Assembly (NCBI RefSeq): GCF_015058625.1
Contig: NZ_SVCA01000009.1
Direction: 5' to 3' (one strand)
Source of the DNA: Selenomonas ruminantium
GTDB lineage: Bacteria; Bacillota; Negativicutes; Selenomonadales; Selenomonadaceae
DNA length: 24,000 nt
How positions within the stretch are numbered: position 1 is the first letter of the stretch; every line of letters starts with the position of its first letter. The position numbers and the translations under genes are program-made. Shown here piece by piece: positions 1-7,533 of the stretch. The notes under the pieces are model-generated. The model worked only from the letters and a program-made list of their open reading frames with translations, was not told where the DNA came from and made no database searches.

Positions 1-550
1 GAACGTAGAAAAGGCCAGACTCGATAAGATTTTTGCCAACGCCGAAATCCGCACGATGATTACGGCCTTTGGTACGGGCATCAGTGATGATTTTGACCTC
101 GCAAAACGCCGCTATGGCAAAATCATCATCATGACCGATGCCGATGTGGACGGTGCCCACATTCGAACCCTGCTGCTGACCTTCCTCTATCGCTACATGA
201 AGCCGCTGATTGAGCATGGTCATGTGTTCATTGCCCAGCCGCCTCTCTATCAGATTCGCAAGGGCAAGAAGCATTGGTATACCTACAGCGATGAAGAACT
301 GGCAAGGAAGCTCGACGAGGTAGGTCGTGACGGTATTACCGTTCAGCGCTACAAAGGTCTGGGCGAAATGAATCCGGAACAGCTTTGGGAAACGACCATG
401 GACCCCGCCGGACGCACCATGCTGCGCGTGGAAATGGCCGATGCCGAAGCTGCCGACGAACTCTTCACCATTCTCATGGGCGATAAGGTAGAGCCGCGCC
501 GCCAGTTTATCGAAGAAAACGCCAAACTGGTTAGAAATCTGGATATTTAA
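1..550 (+). CDS. gyrB: DNA gyrase subunit B, C-terminal part (gene starts before window)
   Basis: Frame 2 is open from the window edge: [66 protein letters not shown]..., with GyrB TOPRIM motif [16 protein letters not shown] and C-terminal [19 protein letters not shown]. Confidence 0.98.
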   Translation, partial: NVEKARLDKIFANAEIRTMITAFGTGISDDFDLAKRRYGKIIIMTDADVDGAHIRTLLLTFLYRYMKPLIEHGHVFIAQPPLYQIRKGKKHWYTYSDEELARKLDEVGRDGITVQRYKGLGEMNPEQLWETTMDPAGRTMLRVEMADAEAADELFTILMGDKVEPRRQFIEENAKLVRNLDI

Positions 551-556
551 AAAAGC

Positions 557-588
557 TTCCCTGAGGATTATCTCAGGGAATTTTTTTT
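557..588 (+). terminator. Rho-independent terminator of gyrB
   Basis: ttccctgag-gattat-ctcagggaa followed by a T8 run. Confidence 0.9.
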
Positions 589-664
589 GCAGGTATTGGC
601 TTTTTTGTGTGGAAATAATAGATTTGGCAAGTGATATGTTATGGTGAATAAGAGGGGGGGTTGT

Positions 665-1091
665 ATGAAACGACAGGGGAAATTTTTGCGTATTGTATTG
701 GCGGCGGCTAATAATCCTCAGAGCCCCCATTATATTCCACCGGCCAATCGGATAGCGGTATTCAGAAAAGGTGGTGCTATCCGGGGAGCCTTTGTTGGAT
801 AATGGCAAGACCATGAAGATTTTTTCCCTGCTCAAACAGATTGGCAAAAAGCCGGTGCTCGCCTTTGGCAATTCAATGGGTGACAGCGGAATGTTTGAAT
901 ATACCTTACAGGATAATCCCTATAACAACGCCGCTTTCTGTGTGCTCTGTGATGATACGGAGCGCGAGCGGGGCAATGTAAAAAAAGCTGCCGCTATGCA
1001 GGAAACGGCACAGAAGCGCGGCTGGCAGACCATCTCCATGCGTGATGAATTCAAGACTATCTATGGTGACCAAGTAAAGCGGGCGGATTAG
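665..1091 (+). pseudogene. Degraded HAD-superfamily hydrolase/phosphatase
   Basis: An N-terminal fragment (665-802, ...PPANRIAVF...) and a C-terminal fragment (771-1091, GEPLLDNGKTMKIFSLLKQIGKKPVLAFGNSMGDSGMFEY...ISMRDEFKTIYGDQVKR) lie in different frames and overlap. The DxDGT motif and the central domain are absent, consistent with an internal deletion. Confidence 0.7.
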
Positions 1092-1109
1092 TAAATTTTA
1101 ATAAAATGA

Positions 1110-1160
1110 ATATATCGCAAGTTTTTAAACACTCACTTTAAAAACTTGCGATATATTTTA
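1110..1160 (+). terminator. Long perfect hairpin, probable terminator
   Basis: atatcgcaagttttta ... taaaaacttgcgatat, a 16-bp perfect stem followed by an AT-rich tract, upstream of the ATPase gene. Confidence 0.5.
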
Positions 1161-1194
1161 TATTATTATATACTTTAGCTTAGGGAGGTGAGCT

Positions 1195-2400
1195 TTGATG
1201 ATAAATCGTCCGAAATATCTGGAACAGCTGCGTTATTGGAAAGAACGGGATGTTATTAAGGTGGTCACTGGTGTAAGGCGTTGTGGCAAATCGACAGTGT
1301 TAAAACTCTTTAGGCAGGAGTTACAGCAGTCGGGAGTGCCTGCGGAAAATATAATCGCTCTGAATCTGGAGGATTTTGAGGGAATAGACATAGTGGACTA
1401 TCGCCAGCTGCTCAAATATTTTATGGACAGGCTGCAGCCTGTCGGTATGAACTATCTGTTTATAGATGAGATACAACAAGTGGCAGGCTTTGAAAAAGCT
1501 GTAGATGCCTTGTATGTAAAGGATAACTGCGATGTTTACATAACTGGTTCCAACGCCAATATGTTATCTGGTGAGTTGGCTACGCTGCTTTCAGGCCGTT
1601 ATGTGAAGATAAAAATGCAGCCGTTATCTTTTGCTGAATACGTGGCAGCATATCCAAAGCAAAGTCCGGAGCGTCTTTATATGCAGTATTTGCAGAAGGG
1701 CTCATTCCCTTATGTGACTAATATTGATGAGCAGGTTTATGTAAATCAATATCTTAGTGGTATATTTGATACAATTATATTGAAGGACATAATGGCGAGA
1801 AAGAAATGTCCTGACCAGATTTTATTGAAAAAGATTGCCAGATTTTTGTTTGATAATATAGGGAATCCCTGTTCTACGAAGAAGATTGCAGATACACTAA
1901 CCTCAATGGGGACGAAGACCACGGTGCCTACTGTGGAAAAATACCTTAGCGCTTTGCAGGAAAGTTTTCTTTTTTATCATGCGGAAAGATATGATGTGAA
2001 GGGAAAGGAATATCTAAAGACTGGCGGAAAGTATTATGCAGTCGATATGGGGCTGCGAAGAATGGTTCTTGGTGATAAGTCCCCGGATATGGGGCATGTA
2101 TTGGAAAATATAATCTACTTGGAGTTAAAGCGCCGTTGGGACGAAGTTTATGTGGGCAAGGCAGGTGACAGCGAAATAGATTTTGTGGCCATGCAGAACG
2201 GAGAACGGTGCTATTACCAAGTGGCTTATACAGTTATGGATAATGATGGGAAGACACTAAAACGCGAGCTGGCACCGTTAAAAAGCGTAAAGGACTATTA
2301 TCAACGGTATTTGCTGACGATGGATTTAGTACCGCCTGTTTCCCATGAGGGGATAAAGCAGGTATATGCCTTGGACTGGCTCGTAGGAAACAGTGAATGA
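1195..2400 (+). CDS. AAA ATPase, ATP-binding protein with C-terminal DUF4143-like domain
   Basis: Walker A GVRRCGKST, Walker B-like NYLFIDEIQQV, ITGSNANMLSGELATLLSGRY, and a C-terminal KYYAVDMGLRR...LENIIYLELKRR...EIDFVA motif. RBS ggaggtga upstream. Confidence 0.9.
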   Translation: MMINRPKYLEQLRYWKERDVIKVVTGVRRCGKSTVLKLFRQELQQSGVPAENIIALNLEDFEGIDIVDYRQLLKYFMDRLQPVGMNYLFIDEIQQVAGFEKAVDALYVKDNCDVYITGSNANMLSGELATLLSGRYVKIKMQPLSFAEYVAAYPKQSPERLYMQYLQKGSFPYVTNIDEQVYVNQYLSGIFDTIILKDIMARKKCPDQILLKKIARFLFDNIGNPCSTKKIADTLTSMGTKTTVPTVEKYLSALQESFLFYHAERYDVKGKEYLKTGGKYYAVDMGLRRMVLGDKSPDMGHVLENIIYLELKRRWDEVYVGKAGDSEIDFVAMQNGERCYYQVAYTVMDNDGKTLKRELAPLKSVKDYYQRYLLTMDLVPPVSHEGIKQVYALDWLVGNSE

Positions 2401-2437
2401 CTGTTAAGGGAAAAATAATTTTTTAGCAAATTTTAAT

Positions 2438-2465
2438 TTGACATTCTGTTTTTTTATGGTATATT
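2438..2465 (+). promoter_or_regulatory. Sigma70-type promoter for the riboswitch/terC transcript
   Basis: TTGACA (2438-2443), 16 nt, TATATT (2460-2465). Confidence 0.6.
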
Positions 2466-2473
2466 AACAGTAT

Positions 2474-2616
2474 GAATCCCGTACAAGGGGAGTAGCTGAA
2501 CGGTCAGATATCGTCAATACGGTGCAGAGCACCCGGTCTGAACGGCTATAGTTAGTAAGCGAGACCTTGTCTTACAGGCAGCCTTAGGGCGGCGTGTAGG
2601 GCGAGGTCTTTTTGGT
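2474..2616 (+). promoter_or_regulatory. yybP-ykoY (manganese) riboswitch
   Basis: Hallmark aaGGGGAGTAGC near the 5' end and a 3' GCGAGACCTTG...GCGAGGTCTTTTT terminator-like arm, directly upstream of a TerC-family membrane protein gene, a known context for this class. Confidence 0.85.
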
Positions 2617-2649
2617 ATTTATTTGTGTAAAAAAGGAGTTTGAACAGTT

Positions 2650-3372
2650 ATGATGGAATCTTTATTTGCAGGGATGTTCAGTCCCGAATGGTTTGCGGCG
2701 TTATCAGGTATTCTGCTGCTGGATATTCTGTTATCCGGCGATAATGCGATTCTGATTGCGCTGGCCTGCAAGAATCTGCCGGAGCATCATAAGAAAAAAG
2801 CCATCTTTATCGGTGGCTTTGGTGCGGTGTTTATCCGTATCGTATGTACGCTCTTTGCTACGAGCGTATTGGCAGCTCCCTATATCGAGTTTATCGGCGG
2901 TGCGGCGCTCCTGTATATTGCCGTGAAACTGTTGACCGACCATAAGGAAAATAACGAGGAAGGCGAAGCACCGGCCAGCTTTGGCGCAGCTGTACGCACG
3001 ATTCTGATTGCTGACTTCATCATGAGCATCGATAATATCCTGTCGCTGGCTGGTGTGGCCAATACGGTGCCGGAAGGCAAGTGGAGCCTGATTATCTGCG
3101 GTCTTTTGATTTCCATCCCCATCGTGCTCTTTGGGGCGCAGATTTTTCTCAAACTCATGCAGAAGGTGCCTGCCCTTATCTATGGCGGTGCGGCTATCCT
3201 TGGCTGGACGGCGGCAGAACTTATGGTTGCCGATAAGGGGTTAGGCATGTATTTTGAGCCGTATGCTCTGGCCATGAAGGTTGGTTTTGTTGCGATTGTA
3301 TTGAGCATCGGTTATTATTTGAACAGACGCTATGCGAAAGAAGAAAAGTTGGGAGTGACAAACAATGAATAA
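2650..3372 (+). CDS. TerC-family integral membrane protein (YkoY/YjbE-like, probable Mn2+ exporter)
   Basis: LLDILLSGDNAILIALACKNLP...FGGFGAVFIRI...IADFIMSIDNILSLAGVA, typical TerC/YjbE motifs. RBS aaaggag. Confidence 0.9.
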   Translation: MMESLFAGMFSPEWFAALSGILLLDILLSGDNAILIALACKNLPEHHKKKAIFIGGFGAVFIRIVCTLFATSVLAAPYIEFIGGAALLYIAVKLLTDHKENNEEGEAPASFGAAVRTILIADFIMSIDNILSLAGVANTVPEGKWSLIICGLLISIPIVLFGAQIFLKLMQKVPALIYGGAAILGWTAAELMVADKGLGMYFEPYALAMKVGFVAIVLSIGYYLNRRYAKEEKLGVTNNE

Positions 3373-4213
3373 TTTGAAGACCTTAATGCTCATGGTGCTG
3401 CTCTGCGCCATCATGATTTTCATCGGCGGCCTTGTGGGCGGCAAGGGCGGCATGATGGTTATGCTTATGATTTCGCTGGGGATGAATTTCTTTTCCTACT
3501 GGTTCAGCGATTCTGTGGTACTCAAGATGTACAATGCCCGCGAAGTCAGTCGGGAAGAAGCGCCGCAGCTCTATGGTCTGGTCGAAAATCTGGCCGCCAA
3601 TGCCGAGCTGCCTATGCCAAGAGTCTATATCATTAACGAAGATACGCCCAATGCCTTTGCGACCGGCCGCAATCCGTCCCATGCTGCGGTAGCGGTAACG
3701 ACGGGGATTATGCGGGCCTTGGATTATAACGAGTTGTCCGGCGTTTTGGGACATGAACTGGCCCATGTGAAAAACCGCGATATCCTGACGGGCACGATTG
3801 CGGCGATGATGGCTACGGTCATCACCTATACGGCACAGTTCTTTGCCTTCTTCGGCGGCCGCAGTGATGATGATGAAGGCGGCAATCCGATTGCGGCGCT
3901 GTTGATGGTCTTTCTCGCGCCGCTGGCTGCCAGTCTGATTCAGATGGCGATTTCCCGCTCCCGTGAGTATGAAGCCGACCATGATGGTGCCGAAATCTGC
4001 GGCAACGCCAACTATTTGGCAGATGCCCTCGAAAAAATCGAGTATTATGCCTTGAATGGCCGCCAGATGCAGGATGCCACACCGGCTACGGCCCATATGT
4101 TCATCATCAATCCGTTCAGCGGGATTGGTTCGACGATGAGCAAGCTCTTCAGCACCCATCCCGATACCAGCGACCGTATCGCCCGCCTGCGTGCCCAGGC
4201 GGCTGGCAGATAA
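3365..4213 (+). CDS. htpX: Zinc metalloprotease HtpX
   Basis: HELAHVKNRDIL zinc motif, SREYEADHDGAEICG, N-terminal TM segments and FSTHPDTSDRIARL. Confidence 0.96.
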   Translation: MNNLKTLMLMVLLCAIMIFIGGLVGGKGGMMVMLMISLGMNFFSYWFSDSVVLKMYNAREVSREEAPQLYGLVENLAANAELPMPRVYIINEDTPNAFATGRNPSHAAVAVTTGIMRALDYNELSGVLGHELAHVKNRDILTGTIAAMMATVITYTAQFFAFFGGRSDDDEGGNPIAALLMVFLAPLAASLIQMAISRSREYEADHDGAEICGNANYLADALEKIEYYALNGRQMQDATPATAHMFIINPFSGIGSTMSKLFSTHPDTSDRIARLRAQAAGR

Positions 4214-4228
4214 ACGTTTCTATGTAAT

Positions 4229-4304
4229 AAAAGAGCGGTATAAACTTTTCTGTAGCGTTTGACAAGTTTGTCTAAGCGAAAGAAAAGTTTATACCGCTCT
4301 TTTT
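4229..4304. terminator. Bidirectional terminator between convergent genes
   Basis: 22-bp perfect stem aaaagagcggtataaacttttc / gaaaagtttataccgctctttt. Confidence 0.85.
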
Positions 4305-4314
4305 ATGTATGATG

Positions 4315-4911
4315 TTATTTTATCAGTTTATCGAATTCTTCCTGTGCCAGTGGTCTGGTCAGCCCCATAATCGCCAGCAGCTGAATCAGTGCTGTGGATT
4401 TATCACAGGTATTGCGGATGATGTGGCTGCAGACTTTCCACAAATCAAATTCCTTGTTATTCTCGGCATATTGCAGATGGTATTTGATTTCGTCATTGGT
4501 ATAGCCCATACGCAGAAGTCGGTCTACCAGCGTCACATAATCCACCATCAGGAAGATGGTTTCCAGTCTTTTCTTGATGAGTTTGCTTAACGGTTTAAGC
4601 CCCGTGATTTCCAAGATAATCACGCTGATGGCATGATCGCGCAGGGAATCTAAGACGTCATCCTTGCGGTAGCCATAACTATGGCCTTTGTGGGTGAATT
4701 CCACCACAAAATCCATCTGGGCAAATTCTTCCGGGGTGACGGTTTTGTAGAGCTTTTCCCGGGATAAGTTATAGCGGGTGCGTTTGTGGTTACTGAATTC
4801 CTGGGTGGTGTAAACAGGGATAAAATGAATCCCCATAGCCTGCAGCTGGGTGGCCATAGTGGCTTTGCCGGAGGCTTGTGCGCCCATCAGTGCGTAAATT
4901 TTGTTTTCCAT
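4315..4911 (-). CDS. P-loop NTPase, guanylate-kinase-like
   Basis: MENKIYALMGAQASGKATMATQLQAMGIHFIPVYTTQEFSN... has a modified P-loop GAQASGKAT and a GMPK-like YTT motif. Internal ATG at 4911 is preferred over the 4944 start. Confidence 0.6.
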   Translation of the reverse strand: MENKIYALMGAQASGKATMATQLQAMGIHFIPVYTTQEFSNHKRTRYNLSREKLYKTVTPEEFAQMDFVVEFTHKGHSYGYRKDDVLDSLRDHAISVIILEITGLKPLSKLIKKRLETIFLMVDYVTLVDRLLRMGYTNDEIKYHLQYAENNKEFDLWKVCSHIIRNTCDKSTALIQLLAIMGLTRPLAQEEFDKLIK

Positions 4912-4941
4912 ATCACAAATCCTTATTTTCAAAGGGCAATA

Positions 4942-5021
4942 CAAAAGCGGGAACTACCGAACGTTCCCGCTTTTGCCGCCTCTATACCTTCTGCCTACAA
5001 CGATACACTAGATATCGTTGT
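4942..5021 (-). promoter_or_regulatory. Structured 5' leader with two hairpins upstream of the kinase-like gene
   Basis: Stems acaacgata/tatcgttgt (4997-5021) and caaaagcgggaac/gttcccgcttttg (4942-4975) lie between a minus-strand promoter-like TTGAAA-17 nt-TATTAT and the start codon. Confidence 0.45.
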
Positions 5022-5199
5022 TCTCCCTCTTTTATAATACAACACTTGCCATATGATTTCAATAGAAAAATGTAATTTATGTAAATTTAGGGAAATGGTG
5101 GCAGCTAAAAGGGTTTTTGAATTTCTCGGCGAATATATTATATTAGTATACAGCTATAATATACAGCAAAAATTTAAGCATTTATGGGGAGGGGATAAA

Positions 5200-6195
5200 A
5201 TGTATTTTTATTGTGAGAAATGTAAGAAACCATATCCGTTGAACACGCACTCCTATATCTGTGAGTGCGGGGGCATGTTCCGCCTGCATAAGGACCCGAT
5301 GGACGAAGTGCATAATGAGATTACACTGGGGGAAGTGGAGACGCCCTTACTGCCGTTGAAGGTGGGGAAACTGGATGTGCTGCTGAAATTGGAAAATCTG
5401 CAGCCTACCGGTTCCTTTAAGGACAGAGGTGCACATACGCTGATTAATGAAATCCATCATCTGGGCATCAAGAAGATTGCTCTGGATTCGGCAGGCAATG
5501 CCGGTGCTTCCATGGCTGCTTATGCCGCAGCTGCCGGGATTGAATGTACGGTTTATGTGCCGGATGATATTTCCCCGGAGATGAGCAAACAGATTGAGGC
5601 CTATGGTGCCAAAATCGTCAAGGTACCCAATGGACGCATGAGCACCTGTGCTGCCGTGAAGAAGAATCTGGGGGATGCTTACTATGCTTCCCATGTTTAT
5701 AATCCCTTGTTCTTTGAAGGGATGCGCCCGATGGCCAAGGAAATCTACAAACAGCTGGGCAACAGGATTCCTGAGTATGTCTTTATGCCGGTGGGCAATG
5801 GCACGATGATGATTGGCCTGTATTTAGGCTTTATGGAACTGGGTCGTCTGCCGCATTTCGTGGCCGTACAGAGCTCCAAGTGTGCACCGCTTTATGAGGC
5901 ATTCAAGGTGACGGATGAACAGCCGAAAAAGACTACCATTGCGCATGCTATCCGCATTGAACACCCGAAGCGCATCACGACGATGCTGGAAATCCTCAAG
6001 CAGACCGGCGGTGATGTGGTGACGGTTGAGGATGCCGAAATCCTCAAAGCCAAGAAATATTTAGGTTCCAAGGGCGTATATGCAGAACTGACTTCCGCCG
6101 CAGCTTTGGCCGGAGCCGAAAAGTTCTTTGCCGCAGGCAAGCCGGATAACTACAAGGTGGTTATTCCCATCACGGGCAGCGGGCTCAAGCGCTGA
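5200..6195 (+). CDS. Threonine synthase-like PLP-dependent enzyme with N-terminal Zn ribbon
   Basis: CEKCKKPYPLNTHSYICECGG zinc ribbon, LENLQPTGSFKDRGA PLP-lysine motif, DSAGNAGASMAAYAAAAGI, PVGNGTMM. RBS gggaggggat, with start taken at ATG 5200. Confidence 0.85.
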   Translation: MYFYCEKCKKPYPLNTHSYICECGGMFRLHKDPMDEVHNEITLGEVETPLLPLKVGKLDVLLKLENLQPTGSFKDRGAHTLINEIHHLGIKKIALDSAGNAGASMAAYAAAAGIECTVYVPDDISPEMSKQIEAYGAKIVKVPNGRMSTCAAVKKNLGDAYYASHVYNPLFFEGMRPMAKEIYKQLGNRIPEYVFMPVGNGTMMIGLYLGFMELGRLPHFVAVQSSKCAPLYEAFKVTDEQPKKTTIAHAIRIEHPKRITTMLEILKQTGGDVVTVEDAEILKAKKYLGSKGVYAELTSAAALAGAEKFFAAGKPDNYKVVIPITGSGLKR

Positions 6196-6227
6196 TTTTG
6201 CCGTAAACGTGTACAGGAGAAGAAGAT

Positions 6228-7136
6228 ATGCTGCATGGGATAATTGATATTGGATCCAACACCATTCGCATGGCGGTGTATCTCATTGAGGGCGGCCATT
6301 TTGAACAGCTGATGAAACGCAAGGAAACTGTGGGACTGGCTTCCTATGTGGAGGACGGCATTATGCAGCAGGAGGGCATAGACCGGGCGGTGGAGACACT
6401 GCAGGAATACAAGAAACTTCTGCAGTGTTTCAATATTACCCAGGTGGATGCTTTTACCACAGCGGCTTTGCGCAATGCCCAAAACAGCCGACAGGCCGTA
6501 GGGGAAATCGAAAGCCGCACAGGCATAAAAATCCGGGTTATCAGCGGTGACGAGGAAGCCACCCTGGATTTCATCGGCGCTACCCACAGCCTCAATAATG
6601 CCTCAGGGCTCTTAATTGATATTGGCGGCGGCAGTACGGAAATCGTCACTTACCGCAACCGTCAGATTCAGTACAAGACCAGCCTGCCCATTGGCTCCTT
6701 GAGCTTTGCCAAGAAATATGTGAGTTACGTCCTGCCCACAATGAATGAATGTCTGGAAATGTACGGTGAGGCGGAGGCTACCGTTGGGGCTGCTGCGGAC
6801 TTCATCAACATCTGCGAGGCGGAAATCGTGGGCATTGGCGGCACCTTCAAAGGGGCCTGCGCCCTGAATAATGAGCTCTTCAATCTTCCCGCAGCCAATC
6901 GGCGTCTGGAAACGAAAAATATCCGTCCCATTATCGGCAACTTCATCGGCGATTTGGGCATGACTCAGGAGATGGCTGTGGCGCTGATGCGCTCCGTGCC
7001 GGAGAGGATACAGACCATTATCCCGGGGCTGGTCATTGCTAATGTGCTGGCAAGGCGGTTTCAGAGTCACTGGATTACCTATAGTGACTCCGGGGTTAGA
7101 GAAGGGTATATTTACAGTCATATTATTGACAAATAA
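6228..7136 (+). CDS. Exopolyphosphatase / Ppx-GppA phosphatase family protein
   Basis: IIDIGSNTIRMAVY, GLLIDIGGGSTEIV, VGIGGTFKGACAL. Confidence 0.9.
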   Translation: MLHGIIDIGSNTIRMAVYLIEGGHFEQLMKRKETVGLASYVEDGIMQQEGIDRAVETLQEYKKLLQCFNITQVDAFTTAALRNAQNSRQAVGEIESRTGIKIRVISGDEEATLDFIGATHSLNNASGLLIDIGGGSTEIVTYRNRQIQYKTSLPIGSLSFAKKYVSYVLPTMNECLEMYGEAEATVGAAADFINICEAEIVGIGGTFKGACALNNELFNLPAANRRLETKNIRPIIGNFIGDLGMTQEMAVALMRSVPERIQTIIPGLVIANVLARRFQSHWITYSDSGVREGYIYSHIIDK

Positions 7137-7142
7137 AGAAAA

Positions 7143-7171
7143 AGCATTTGCCTATTACTAGGGCAAATGCT
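7143..7171 (-). terminator. Minus-strand terminator, outer 3' end of candidate toxin mRNA
   Basis: agcatttgcc(t) ... (g)ggcaaatgct 10-11 bp stem. On the minus strand it is followed by tttttcttt. Confidence 0.65.
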
Positions 7172-7176
7172 ATAAT
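7148..7176 (+). promoter_or_regulatory. Promoter of candidate antitoxin RNA
   Basis: TTGCCT (7148-7153), 17 nt, TATAAT (7171-7176). Confidence 0.65.
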
Positions 7177-7182
7177 AACGGT

Positions 7183-7273
7183 AAAGAAGGTGCCGCCTAG
7201 CGGTCGCCCTCGGTTAGATTTTCATATTATAAAAACCGCCGAAGTTTGCGAGGCTAGGGCGGTTTATTTTTTT
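7183..7273 (+). ncRNA. Candidate type I antitoxin sRNA (~90 nt)
   Basis: Starts about 7 nt after TATAAT and ends at hairpin aaaccgcc...ggcggttt plus a T7 run. It is antisense to the 3' part of the small ORF transcript. Its 5' aaGGTGCcgcctaGCGGTCGCCCTC resembles the toxin mRNA 5' end. Confidence 0.6.
7233..7273. terminator. Bidirectional hairpin terminator shared by toxin and antitoxin transcripts
   Basis: aaaccgcc (7233-7240) / ggcggttt (7258-7265), with T-runs on both strands. Confidence 0.7.
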
Positions 7274-7326
7274 ATCTCTATAAGGATGAGCAAAACTAGA
7301 AGTAATACAACGATTAACTCATTCAT
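7264..7326 (-). CDS. Candidate type I toxin: 20-aa hydrophobic peptide MNELIVVLLLVLLILIEIKK
   Basis: ATG at 7326 and TAA at 7264. Single hydrophobic helix with a charged KK tail, preceded by gggggt SD-like sequence and a near-consensus promoter. Confidence 0.65.
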   Translation of the reverse strand: MNELIVVLLLVLLILIEIKK

Positions 7327-7381
7327 AGGCGAACCCCCAGTTGAGGGCAAATATTGACCGCCAAACAGCACCTTTAGCTAT

Positions 7382-7409
7382 AGTATAACAGTGTGTATAG
7401 TGATGTCAA
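7382..7409 (-). promoter_or_regulatory. Promoter of candidate toxin mRNA
   Basis: Minus strand TTGACA (7409-7404), 16 nt, TATACT (7387-7382). Confidence 0.7.
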
Positions 7410-7425
7410 TTATAAGATACAGAAT

Positions 7426-7450
7426 AAGCCAGGCGATAGCTTGGCTTTTT
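7426..7450 (+). terminator. Small hairpin plus T5, weak plus-strand terminator
   Basis: aagccaggc-gata-gcttggctt followed by ttt. Confidence 0.45.
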
Positions 7451-7533
7451 GCTTTTTGAGCGTAGAAATGATATAATAAAGTGTTGATTTTTAGCTAATT
7501 GGTTATGTAAGAAATAGATTATGAGGTGAGATT

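Noticed and set aside
7148-7357. 69-aa plus-strand ORF across the candidate type I TA locus
   Set aside because: Its putative TTG start is the -35 element of the small-RNA promoter and it has no SD. The structural signals explain the region better.
7233-7375. Possible simple Fst par-type locus
   Set aside because: The overlapping terminator fits, but Fst/par direct repeats give complementarity between the two 5' ends. Here the repeats are inverted, so the two 5' ends are similar, not complementary, and a straightforward Fst assignment is not supported.
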